Source: an uncultured Methanomicrobiales archaeon
Lineage (GTDB): Archaea > Halobacteriota > Methanomicrobia > Methanomicrobiales > Methanospirillaceae
DNA: 64,000 nt
NCBI GenBank assembly: GCA_963697895.1
Contig: OY969100.1
Location: 416,001 to 480,000 of the forward strand
Reading direction: 5' to 3'
Below are positions 1-9,091 of the stretch, in pieces. Both the position numbers and the translations under genes were made by a program. The notes under the pieces were generated by a model. The model worked only from the letters and a program-made list of their open reading frames with translations, had not been told where the DNA came from and did no database searches. Every line of letters begins with the position of its first letter. The first letter of the stretch is position 1.

Positions 1-400
1 AATCGATCACGATGAAGCGGTACTCGCGTTCCAGTGAATGCATAGCGACCTGGAGAAGGTCGTTCGCAAAACAATAACACCCCATTCCCTCCGGACGACC
101 CATGGCGATCAGGTCGAAACCTGACGATTCAACCAGCACCTGCCTGAACCGAAACCGGATATAATCGGTCCGTGACATTCCCGACGGGATCTGCTTTGTG
201 AACGCCTCTTCACGCATGCTCCCGAGCGTCTCCCGTACCTCGACTCCGAGTGCTTCATGAAGATTTGCATTGGGGTCGGCATCCACCGCGAGAATTGGTG
301 TTTCATCGAGATCGACGAATGATCTGATGAGAAGTGCGCTGATCGTCGTCTTACCGGTTCCACCCTTTCCCGAGACGGCGATAATGAACGGTATCTCCAT
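1..400 (-). CDS. cooC: CooC/AcsF-type nickel-insertion ATPase (CODH/ACS maturation), truncated by window edge
   Basis: Translated by hand (not in ORF track): MEIPFIIAVSGKGGTGKTT (deviant Walker A), VDADPN, MGRPEGMGCYC (CxC Ni motif). ATG overlaps the upstream stop (TGATG). Confidence 0.9.
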   Translation of the reverse strand, partial: MEIPFIIAVSGKGGTGKTTISALLIRSFVDLDETPILAVDADPNANLHEALGVEVRETLGSMREEAFTKQIPSGMSRTDYIRFRFRQVLVESSGFDLIAMGRPEGMGCYCFANDLLQVAMHSLEREYRFIVID

Positions 401-1431
401 CACTGTAGCATCCTGATTCGTCGGGAGAGATCTGATGCCGCCTGCATGATCCTTTCCGCGCCGTTCTCATCTGCAAACCGGATCCCGCAGCTTGGCGTGA
501 TCAGCGACCTGCTGTCCAGGATCCGGGGTGGGATATATTCGGTCACGCTTCTCCGGAGATCGATATACCGTTGATAAAGTGATTCCATATTCTCACCGGA
601 GAATACCCTCTCGTCCGCAGGAACTATTCCCCACGCGATGATCCCGCCTCGTTCCAGATATGCCGCGAGCGCTTCCCGGTAGAGAAGAAACTCCCGGCTA
701 TGCTCATATGCATCGAAAGATATGACCGAAGGGTTGAGTGACATCACAAACTCCCAGTCGGTATTGGAGCAGCAATGTATTCCGAGGCCGCCATCGACCA
801 TTCCGGAGATCTCATCCCAGCCTGTGCGCACCATATCGATATCAATCGTGATGACCGATGAACCAAGCGCAGCAAAATATGGTTCATTCAACACGATAAG
901 GGTCTCTGCAACCCCTGTCTTCATCCTCATCTGCGTCTCACACCAGAGTGCCCGCAGCGCGATCATCTTGGGGAGGACATCCGCAAATTGTGGATCATAT
1001 GCAATGGGTTTTCGATCCCCGTCCACCACCTGCATACCAAATGTAACCGGCCCGGTAATCTGGCACTTGAGGCCATAAGCATCAGGAAACCGGTATCGCA
1101 TCATCGCATGAAATCCCGATCCATAATCGACAGAGATCCCGTACGGTTCGCAGTTTTTCTCGAGAAAATCGATGTAAATCTGCTCCATTTCCGCGGAAAG
1201 ATCGGACGAACGATCTACGAGGAGTCGGTCCTCACGGATAATACGCCCCGGAAGCTTCTCGGAATCATTAAATACAATACTTTCGAGGACGCTCCGGTTG
1301 GGAAGGGTCGGAACATACGGAAAGTCCGGATAGATACGCAGGACAGATTGGCAGGCTTCCTCGGGGTCGAGGTGAGGAACGGCGCCGATCCCTGTTGCCC
1401 GACTTTCCGGGGGGGGGAGCATTCGTGACAT
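400..1431 (-). CDS. Core (folate-independent, corrinoid-protein-dependent) methionine synthase, MesB-like
   Basis: 343 aa single MetE catalytic barrel: TGIGAVPH, KCQITGP, NEP, GIHCC (HxC Zn ligands), SFDAY, AWGIVP, ITPSCG. No N-terminal folate-binding half. Confidence 0.8.
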   Translation of the reverse strand: MSRMLPPPESRATGIGAVPHLDPEEACQSVLRIYPDFPYVPTLPNRSVLESIVFNDSEKLPGRIIREDRLLVDRSSDLSAEMEQIYIDFLEKNCEPYGISVDYGSGFHAMMRYRFPDAYGLKCQITGPVTFGMQVVDGDRKPIAYDPQFADVLPKMIALRALWCETQMRMKTGVAETLIVLNEPYFAALGSSVITIDIDMVRTGWDEISGMVDGGLGIHCCSNTDWEFVMSLNPSVISFDAYEHSREFLLYREALAAYLERGGIIAWGIVPADERVFSGENMESLYQRYIDLRRSVTEYIPPRILDSRSLITPSCGIRFADENGAERIMQAASDLSRRIRMLQ

Positions 1432-1434
1432 CTA

Positions 1435-3336
1435 TCATTCCCTCCGGATCCTGCATTCATCGAGCATCTTCTCAACCATCGGGAAGAGAGAAAGATCAGT
1501 ATGGGGGAGGAATGCACTGCCGGTATATTCATCCATGAATGCAGGTTCGGCATTCAGCTCGATATATGCGATACCCCTGGCGATGTCGTCCAGAACTTTA
1601 CGCTTTTTCCGGTTGATCAATGCGATATTGGCCCCTTCGATTGCGCCGTTCCCGATCGTATGGATACGATCAATCGGTACTTCAGGGATCAGCCCGATGA
1701 TGATCGCATTTTCCTTATTGATATAGTTCCCGAACGCCCCCGAGAAATAGATCGTGGCGATATCCTGACGGGTGATGCCTGCCTGCTTCATCAGAGTTAT
1801 ACAAGCTGCGAGAATGGACGCTTTACTCATGATCAGGTTCTTCACGTCATTTTCCGTGATAACGATGTCCTTCCCGATCCCGGTCTCCTCTTTCCATGCA
1901 ACGACGAATTCCGGGAAATGCGCTCCCTGCCGCACCCGCTCGTGTTCGATTGTCGTATTGATCCTTCCATTCCTGTCTATGATACAGCTGCGCAACAATT
2001 CGGCCAGGAGGTCTATCAATCCCGAACCGCATATCCCCCGTGGAGGAATATGGTTGATCGTCCGGTAGACGGGGGTCAGGGTGAGGAGATCCAGGGTGAT
2101 CTGTTCGATCGCCCCCGGATTCGCACGCATCCCAAAGAGGACCTCGCCTCCTTCCAGAGCCGGGCCCGCGGCTCCGGCACAGGAGAACATCCATTCCTTG
2201 TTCCCCAGCACCACCTCGAAATTCGTCCCGATATCGATGAGAAGGGCAATTTCATCACGTTCTGCCATGCCGCATGCAAGAATATCGGCAATGATATCCC
2301 CCCCGATAAAATCGCTCACCGCAGGAAAGATAAAAACCCCGGCGTCATCGGCGACGGAGATGCCCACCCGGGAGGCAGCGGTGGTGAGGTAACGCCTGAC
2401 CACCGGAACATATGGCTCTTCGATCATGTACGCCGGATCTATTCCCATGAGGATATGGGTCATGATGGTATTGCCGGCAATAACGACTTCGTAGATATCA
2501 TCGGTATCAATTGCACCGGCATTCGCGGCAGCCCGGATGGCAGTATTGACGCTCTCCGCAGCAAGTGCCTGGAGTTTATCGAGCCCCTCTCTCCGTGCAT
2601 AGTTGACCCGGGAAAGGATATCTTCGCCGGTACCGATCTGCCGGTTGTAGTTGGATGCAACCCCGACGACCCGTCCGTCGACCAGGCTCCGTATGTAGGC
2701 GACGATGGTGGTCGTGCCGAGGTCGACCGCAACTCCGAACAGATTTGTGGAAGTATCCCCTTTTTCCAGTTCGATCAGGCGGTATCCTCCTGGCACGAAT
2801 GCGACTGTTGCGGTCACGCGCCAGGCGCTCTCCCGCAGCACACGCGGTATCCGCTGGAGCACTTCGAGCGGGACATAGATCTTTTCGGCAACGGGTCCAC
2901 CTTTCTTCTCGATCCCCCAGAGGAGCCTTGTAAGATCAGGGGATGGATCATCCAGGGAGGGAGGGGTTAAAGCCAGGGCGAATTTCCAGACCGACGGATT
3001 CAGTGTTGTTTCGATGCCAAGCCCTTCGATCAGGATCTTCTGTTCCTGGATAAGCGAGGTCTCCGGCACCAGCACCTGCACGTCATCCTCGATCACCGTC
3101 TTGCACGCCAGGCATGCTCCCTTATCCAGTTCTTCGTCGGTAAAAAATTTACCGAATGCCCCACGGTCGAACGAGGCGATGCCGGTCTTTAGGTATACGA
3201 TACATTTTCCGCATTTTCCCTGCCCGCCACAGACCACATTCATGTGAAGACCGGCAGCCTGGGCAGCCTCGAGTATGGTCTTCCCTCTGTCGACCGTGAC
3301 TTTCCGGAAATTCGGGAGGAATGTGACAACGGGCAT
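1435..3336 (-). CDS. ATP-dependent reductive activator of corrinoid proteins (RACo/AcsV; N-terminal 2Fe-2S plus ASKHA domain)
   Basis: CGGQGKCGKC...CLAC ferredoxin; VDLGTTT, DIGTNFE, AAGPALEG, GICGSG, SGAFGNY. Adjacent to acsC/acsD. Confidence 0.9.
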   Translation of the reverse strand: MPVVTFLPNFRKVTVDRGKTILEAAQAAGLHMNVVCGGQGKCGKCIVYLKTGIASFDRGAFGKFFTDEELDKGACLACKTVIEDDVQVLVPETSLIQEQKILIEGLGIETTLNPSVWKFALALTPPSLDDPSPDLTRLLWGIEKKGGPVAEKIYVPLEVLQRIPRVLRESAWRVTATVAFVPGGYRLIELEKGDTSTNLFGVAVDLGTTTIVAYIRSLVDGRVVGVASNYNRQIGTGEDILSRVNYARREGLDKLQALAAESVNTAIRAAANAGAIDTDDIYEVVIAGNTIMTHILMGIDPAYMIEEPYVPVVRRYLTTAASRVGISVADDAGVFIFPAVSDFIGGDIIADILACGMAERDEIALLIDIGTNFEVVLGNKEWMFSCAGAAGPALEGGEVLFGMRANPGAIEQITLDLLTLTPVYRTINHIPPRGICGSGLIDLLAELLRSCIIDRNGRINTTIEHERVRQGAHFPEFVVAWKEETGIGKDIVITENDVKNLIMSKASILAACITLMKQAGITRQDIATIYFSGAFGNYINKENAIIIGLIPEVPIDRIHTIGNGAIEGANIALINRKKRKVLDDIARGIAYIELNAEPAFMDEYTGSAFLPHTDLSLFPMVEKMLDECRIRRE

Positions 3337-4671
3337 CTACCGTTTCCACTCCTTTTCCAGAAACTCCCCGATCTCTGCTGCATCGCGGGGTCCGACCAGC
3401 ACCTTCCAGCCGGTAACCTCTTCTATCCTTCCGCTGATCGGGGCAGCATAACCTGGGATGATAAGTGTCCGATGCGAGACGAGCGATTCGACCCCGAATT
3501 TCTGGAGAGATTCTTTGACCAGGGTCTCTGAGAGTTTGCCGGCTGCAACTGCAGTCAGTACAGAAAGGCCCTCTGTATCGACGATGAGCATGAAACAGGG
3601 AACACGTGACGATTCGAGATAGCCCTGAAGGGTGAAAAAGGTGAGAGAGAAGTTGACTGTCATGAGAACGGGCGAATCCGGGCCGGGGACGCCCACCCGG
3701 TATATTCCGGGCGTCATCTGGATCGGTTTCTGCGGATCGGTATATACATTCTGCCGGAGTGTCAATGCAGCCTGGGTTGAGGCGGGAGAAAGGTCATCCG
3801 CCACGATCACCGATGCGTACTTGAGTATACCGAGCGCAATCGCCGCATCACGGGTTTGGATCCTGGTCGTGTCGAGGAAGATCGGATACCCGAGATCCGG
3901 GGATTCTCTTGTTATCGCCAGCTGGCGGGTCGCCGTTGCGGATCTGATATATTCCCCGAGTGTCGAGGGGGAACTGTCGAGGACCAGGTGCATTATCCCT
4001 TCATCCGAACATTTTCGCGCAAGTTCGGCGACTTCGCTAAGGCCGTTTCCTTTTATCGCAAGAGGACATCCATATTTTTTCGCAAGCCGACAGCACTCAC
4101 TGTAGGTATCCGGAGTAGCAGCATGAAGCAATGGCCGGTAATTACCGCAGAGCGTCAGGCCCGCTTCGAGCACCGCGGGATCTGTGGCCATTAGGACCTC
4201 AGGAAGGTCTGCATTCCCCTCCACGATCGCGACCGCTTTTCGGAATAATTCTTCAGACCCGCTGTCATTTCTGATCGCAACACCGTTAAACCGGAGATCG
4301 GCTCCGACGCGGACGAATCGCTCGTCACGGACCCGTTCTGTTACCCTTTTAATCTGTTCCGAAGTCCAGTTGTCAGAGATTGCGATAATGATCCCCGGTT
4401 CATGGTAGAAGGTCTTTTCGTGCCTGTACAGGAAAAACTCATTGCCCACCCGAAAGGATCGTTCGCCGACCCCGATCTTGACGAGCTGTACTGGCGGTCG
4501 GGTTGAGGCGCCGAGTATCTTTTTTGCATGTTCATCCAGGTACGGACATTTCTCTACTTCGCCCTTTCCACCGGCAAGTTTCATGGCGAAGGTGAGGCAG
4601 GTCGGTTCACCACATTCCTTGCAGTTTTTCCGGGGGAGGAGCTTATATATATCGAGGGCTTTAAGGACCAT
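3337..4671 (-). CDS. acsC: Corrinoid iron-sulfur protein large subunit (AcsC/CdhE, gamma)
   Basis: LPRKNCKECGEPTCLTFAM...KCP 4Fe-4S motif, YRHEKTF, RQNVYTDPQKP, GLSVLTAVAAGK, VGPRDA. Confidence 0.95.
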   Translation of the reverse strand: MVLKALDIYKLLPRKNCKECGEPTCLTFAMKLAGGKGEVEKCPYLDEHAKKILGASTRPPVQLVKIGVGERSFRVGNEFFLYRHEKTFYHEPGIIIAISDNWTSEQIKRVTERVRDERFVRVGADLRFNGVAIRNDSGSEELFRKAVAIVEGNADLPEVLMATDPAVLEAGLTLCGNYRPLLHAATPDTYSECCRLAKKYGCPLAIKGNGLSEVAELARKCSDEGIMHLVLDSSPSTLGEYIRSATATRQLAITRESPDLGYPIFLDTTRIQTRDAAIALGILKYASVIVADDLSPASTQAALTLRQNVYTDPQKPIQMTPGIYRVGVPGPDSPVLMTVNFSLTFFTLQGYLESSRVPCFMLIVDTEGLSVLTAVAAGKLSETLVKESLQKFGVESLVSHRTLIIPGYAAPISGRIEEVTGWKVLVGPRDAAEIGEFLEKEWKR

Positions 4672-4677
4672 CGCAGA

Positions 4678-5631
4678 TCACCCTTCTCCTGCGATTTCTC
4701 CGCGGAGTGTCCTGAACGCCTCTTTCAATAGCGGGACGGTTCGCGGATGACGGACACACACGATTGCGGCCCCCGCGACGGCTGCTGAAAAGCAGCAGTA
4801 AAATTCCCACATCACAGCCATATCGTCCTGAAGATCAGGAGAAGCATCCCTGACCTCCTTAATATTCAGCGAGTCGATCGGGGAACTGATCATCGGCATC
4901 GCCAGATCCTGATCTCCCTTCAGGGCGGCAAACCGGATCCGCTCCATCACTGAATAGGAATATTCGAATCCATACCCCAGTGCGCCGGTATAGGGGTCAA
5001 TAAGAATATGATCGGCCGGGACTCCGATCTCGCGGAGCAGGATATTCAGTTGTTTCGCGAGGTTGATATCGATCGGGGACTGTGCAATAACCGAATGATC
5101 ATATGCCAGCGCAGATGCTGCAATGCTGCGGTATCGTTCGGCTTCCGCGGTTCCGAGAAGAAGCCGTTCTCCTTCTCCTGCCTCCCCACACCGTTGGAAT
5201 ACCTCGCTGTCGATTGACGGGTCATTACTTCCCTCGATGATCAGGGGAAGTCCGGTTCCCGAAAGAGTATCCTCTACAGCCCTCGTTACCGAGGGGAAAT
5301 CGGAAAAATCCCTCTGTCGGGTGCCGGTCAGGTATAGCCTGACCAGATCTGCTCCATATTGTTGTTCCGCCGATTTTGACCATCCTTTTAGATCATGTAC
5401 CAGATCACCGACCGCCCCGGTGGCGATGGGTGACCAGAGCGTGGGATCGTCACAGATCTCAAAAGCAACGAGCGGTTGATCCCCGGGTGTCACTTCCCCG
5501 GAGAAGGGAAGGTCATTGTCCCCTCCGATATGGTACGTGACCGTTCTTGTGCCCCCATCCGACGGTGATGCTCCCAGTACGACTTCCCCGATCTTTCCGG
5601 TCCAGTCGAATTTTGCTGTCAGCGTTGTCAT
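4678..5631 (-). CDS. acsD: Corrinoid iron-sulfur protein small subunit (AcsD/CdhD, delta)
   Basis: SPIDINLAKQLN, IDPYTGALGYGFEYSYSVMERIRFAALKGD, VRHP. At 317 aa it is the length of the bacterial subunit. Confidence 0.93.
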   Translation of the reverse strand: MTTLTAKFDWTGKIGEVVLGASPSDGGTRTVTYHIGGDNDLPFSGEVTPGDQPLVAFEICDDPTLWSPIATGAVGDLVHDLKGWSKSAEQQYGADLVRLYLTGTRQRDFSDFPSVTRAVEDTLSGTGLPLIIEGSNDPSIDSEVFQRCGEAGEGERLLLGTAEAERYRSIAASALAYDHSVIAQSPIDINLAKQLNILLREIGVPADHILIDPYTGALGYGFEYSYSVMERIRFAALKGDQDLAMPMISSPIDSLNIKEVRDASPDLQDDMAVMWEFYCCFSAAVAGAAIVCVRHPRTVPLLKEAFRTLRGEIAGEG

Positions 5632-5648
5632 ATCCCTCCCACCGCCGA

Positions 5649-7691
5649 TCAGATAAGGGGACGCAGTTTCAGGGCGGGGTGTTCGACCTTCACCAGGAAT
5701 GCGGCGAGTTCTTCTACCGTCGTGGCCTGGGTCTCGTCGGCGATCTGGGAAAAAAGCCCCGGGAGACCACGTTCTGCCAGCTTCTTCCGGAGTGACACCT
5801 CGAGTTCCTCTTTCAGCGCAGCCGGCATCCAGACGAGCCGTTCTATGCCACCTTCGGCCTGGAGAAACCGATCACTCAGGATGAAGTTCTTTGATATTCC
5901 TGCGAAACCGGGGGTCTGTGCTCCTCCTCCGATCGTGCCTGCCAGAGTGGAGAATGACATGCCTGACGGTGTCTGGCCTTTGAACTCCCGGTTCACTACC
6001 ATGATACCATTCACTTCAGGCAGTATCAGGGCGATGCACTCGAAGCACCCGCAACATGTCATGGGATATTCCATTACGCTATACAGGGAACAGCGATCGA
6101 CCTCCCCATGGGATGCCTTCTTCACGAACCTGTTCACCCCTTCGAACTCCCCGCGAACCGCATCGATGACCGCTCCCTTCTCAATAGGCTGGTTTGCCCC
6201 CGCAGGGGAGATCTCATAGGCAATCTTTCCATCGAGCCAGCTGATCGCCCCACAAAGAGCCGTTCGTTCGGGGGTGATCACGCAGACATGATTGGGCGCA
6301 AAGGTCTGGCAGAGGGTGCAGGAATAATAGATGTTCACATCCGCATCTCTCATCCCCTGGATACGCCGGTCTCTCTCTGCATAGATCTCCTCGGCCGCCT
6401 TTTTTTCCTGCACCACCTGAACCGGGTCGGTGATCAGGGTCACCTGAACTGCCTCGATCAGGTCGGGAAAGTCGATCCGGAACTTGGCAGCGAGGAGGTC
6501 CCCGAGGTGTCGTATCCGGACCCCGTTCGCGACCGCTTCCTTGGATAGGCGGACCCAGATAAGGTCACGCTGGGCGACGTGCCATGATCCTTCCCCGTAG
6601 TTGATGAAATTATGGATCCGGCGTTCGAGGACCGGTTCGTAATCTTTCCGCATATTTTTTCCGGCAACATCGACCAGAATCCCAAGCGGCACTGCGGACC
6701 CCTCCTTGATCTCTTCGATCTCGGGTCCGACAACCTCTACCCGTCCGTCCTGCACTTCGGTCGATTGTTTCATCCGAAGGATTTCAAAAGCCGGAGAACG
6801 ACCTCCACCAAATTCAACATACATCTCCTCTTTCCTGATACTCTTCCCTTCAAACGCAGGAGAGCAGCCCATCGGAATGGGGATTGCGGTGACTTTGACC
6901 CGGATATCTTTTAATTCCATTCCCCGGCTGACCGCTTCATCGTGTGTGGTTGGGATCCAGTCTTTTCCATCGTAATCACCCAGGGAAAGAATCGGCATGC
7001 CGAGAACACGGAGCGAATCGACGAAAGCGAGGGATTCTTCATCCAGCCCCGGAAAAACAATTGCAAAGGCCTTCGCACGCTGTTCTGAAGCATACTTCAG
7101 GAGTCGCTCACTGTCGCCCGGAGGTACGCCCCCGAACATCATGGCGACCCTGACGATGATATCCACAAAATGAATGCCTTTAATGGGCGTAGATCCCAGC
7201 GGTATGAGCCGGTAATCGATTCCGACCTTCACACCTGCTTCACGGAGTACCGGTATCACTCCTCCGGTGAGGAAGGTGAGCATATATTTTTCCTGGAGTT
7301 CCCTGCAGATCCCTGCGGCGACGCCGGCCGATGGGGGAGTACCGATGACAAGGGCGAGCCCGAGGATACTCCCATCCACCAGTGAATACCCGAGTTTCCG
7401 AAGAATTGCATCGCCGATAAAACCCGTGTATGGTTCAGGTTCGCGACCCTGCTGCGTCTCACGGTACACCTCGAGAATCTCTGCCCCAACGAGGGTATTC
7501 TCTCCGGATAACCCGTACGCTTCACGGGCACTCACCGCATCATGCACATCTCTCCCTGTTAGCGCATATATGATGGGAAGATGGTATGCGGTCTCATCGT
7601 AGCCGAAAGTCCCGGAAATTTTCCCTATCTCTTCTTTCAGGATTAAATTTCCTTTCCGGACTGCAGTATCTATATTGGTCACACAGTACAC
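5649..7691 (-). CDS. acsB: Acetyl-CoA synthase, bacterial-type AcsB (with N-terminal domain)
   Basis: A-cluster ligands CTLCQTFAPNHVC...LCGA and PMTCCGCFEC; N-terminal TAYHLPIIYALTG and TGFIGDAILR; about 680 aa. True start may be GTG at 7682 (GGGGTG SD upstream). Confidence 0.93.
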   Translation of the reverse strand: MYCVTNIDTAVRKGNLILKEEIGKISGTFGYDETAYHLPIIYALTGRDVHDAVSAREAYGLSGENTLVGAEILEVYRETQQGREPEPYTGFIGDAILRKLGYSLVDGSILGLALVIGTPPSAGVAAGICRELQEKYMLTFLTGGVIPVLREAGVKVGIDYRLIPLGSTPIKGIHFVDIIVRVAMMFGGVPPGDSERLLKYASEQRAKAFAIVFPGLDEESLAFVDSLRVLGMPILSLGDYDGKDWIPTTHDEAVSRGMELKDIRVKVTAIPIPMGCSPAFEGKSIRKEEMYVEFGGGRSPAFEILRMKQSTEVQDGRVEVVGPEIEEIKEGSAVPLGILVDVAGKNMRKDYEPVLERRIHNFINYGEGSWHVAQRDLIWVRLSKEAVANGVRIRHLGDLLAAKFRIDFPDLIEAVQVTLITDPVQVVQEKKAAEEIYAERDRRIQGMRDADVNIYYSCTLCQTFAPNHVCVITPERTALCGAISWLDGKIAYEISPAGANQPIEKGAVIDAVRGEFEGVNRFVKKASHGEVDRCSLYSVMEYPMTCCGCFECIALILPEVNGIMVVNREFKGQTPSGMSFSTLAGTIGGGAQTPGFAGISKNFILSDRFLQAEGGIERLVWMPAALKEELEVSLRKKLAERGLPGLFSQIADETQATTVEELAAFLVKVEHPALKLRPLI

Positions 7692-8016
7692 CCCGCGGAT
7701 CAGATATTCTCTCCCCGTTCACTATATGAGTTTGTATTGGTAACCGGGGCCTGAAGAAAACGGGTCACATGCGGGAATTCTATGGCTTGCCTAATTACTG
7801 GGATGCCCGGGATCCATTCAGAATTACGACTTACGATCAAACCTCACAGAATATCGGGCAACGATCTTTAAAAAATCCGACTACGGCGATCGCCACCCCC
7901 TATCCACCAGTTTCTTTTTTCCCACCCGGCTATCCGAGACGGTTATGGAATCAGGGAAAAAATATCAATTCATCACGTAAGGGTAAAAAAAACTTTGGGC
8001 AGTGACAGCATCCACC

Positions 8017-8388
8017 CTATAAATATCTGTTTTTCCGCAACCAGTCTACCTGCGGTTTTGTGTATCGGTACGAGATGTCGCACTTTTCGTCCTGGAAGCT
8101 CCATGGGATGACAATGAGGGTATCTCCTTCACGGATCCAGACCCGTTTCTTTATTTTGCCCTTTATCCTGCCCATACGGGTAACACCATCAATGCAGCGG
8201 ACACGAATATGATTTGCTCCCATCATCAGTTCGGCGTAAGCGAACATCTCACGGTTCCGTTTTTTAGGCACCCGAACACGGATGGTCTCGATGCCTGTCT
8301 CATTTACCGATTCAACGACAATATCGTCACTGCTGGCTTTTTGCGGATCATATCTAATAACTGATTCAACTCCCTGTTCATATATCAA
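8017..8388 (-). CDS. eif1a: Translation initiation factor aIF-1A (start uncertain)
   Basis: MGANHIRVRCIDGVTRMGRIKGKIKKRVWIREGD...VIPWSFQDEKCDI. Confidence 0.95.
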   Translation of the reverse strand: MIYEQGVESVIRYDPQKASSDDIVVESVNETGIETIRVRVPKKRNREMFAYAELMMGANHIRVRCIDGVTRMGRIKGKIKKRVWIREGDTLIVIPWSFQDEKCDISYRYTKPQVDWLRKNRYL

Positions 8389-8672
8389 TGGCCTGTGGCG
8401 GCATTAACGTATGCCATCCCCCATTAAGGGAAGCCCGGATTTTTGTTTTTTTTTTGCCATACGGAGATCGGAATAAAACCTGCGAAATATCACGGGATAA
8501 AAAGTCCTCAAACCATATAGAGCAGTGCGATTATCTACGCGCTTTTCCCAGGTCCACCCCCCATTGCCGTTTTCGCTGGACACGCCATTCAATTTTCGGC
8601 ATTTTTAGATCGGGCTGAAGATTGTTTGGGATGGGTTTTTCGCATCTCCCGGCAAGATATCACGTGAAGTTC

Positions 8673-9068
8673 ATGACGGACATGGAGGAATTTTTTTCAC
8701 GGGATGCCTATGCAATGCATTCAGGAATCGAACTGGTTGCGGTCGGTCCCGGGAAGGCACGGGCCAGGATGAAGATCGATGAACGGCATCGGAACAGCCA
8801 CGGAACCGTTCACGGGGGTGCAATCTTCACCCTCGCCGATGCAGCATTTGCACTCGCTTCCAATTCCCACCATGTACCGGCTGCGGCGATCAACGCACAC
8901 ATTACGTATATAAAGGCTGCCCGGGAGGGGGTGCTCAGCGCGGAAGCCAAAGAGTTTGCTTTGAATCCCAAGCTGGCGACGTATATCGTCACGGTCACGG
9001 ATAGTGCCGGGGAGAAGGTAGCTCTCTTCGAGGGAATGGTCTACAGAAAGACACCCCGGAAAGAATAA
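8673..9068 (+). CDS. PaaI-family hotdog-fold thioesterase
   Basis: HRNSHGTVHGGAIFTLADAAFALASNS; ATG at 8673. Confidence 0.9.
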   Translation: MTDMEEFFSRDAYAMHSGIELVAVGPGKARARMKIDERHRNSHGTVHGGAIFTLADAAFALASNSHHVPAAAINAHITYIKAAREGVLSAEAKEFALNPKLATYIVTVTDSAGEKVALFEGMVYRKTPRKE

Positions 9069-9091
9069 TCGGTAGGATCGAACGACTTTCT

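Noticed and set aside
1501-2970. Long antisense ORF (489 aa), and similar ones at 27714, 34525, 53905, 54863 and 58755
   Set aside because: Shadow frames opposite well-supported genes, with no recognisable motifs.
7692-8016. Cobalamin or SAM riboswitch upstream of the acs operon
   Set aside because: No B12-box or S-box consensus was recognisable, and the TATA-like element lies close to the acsB start.
8404-8592. Small Lys-rich ORF upstream of aIF-1A
   Set aside because: The Lys codons come from an intergenic oligo(T/A) tract, and there is no SD or motif support.
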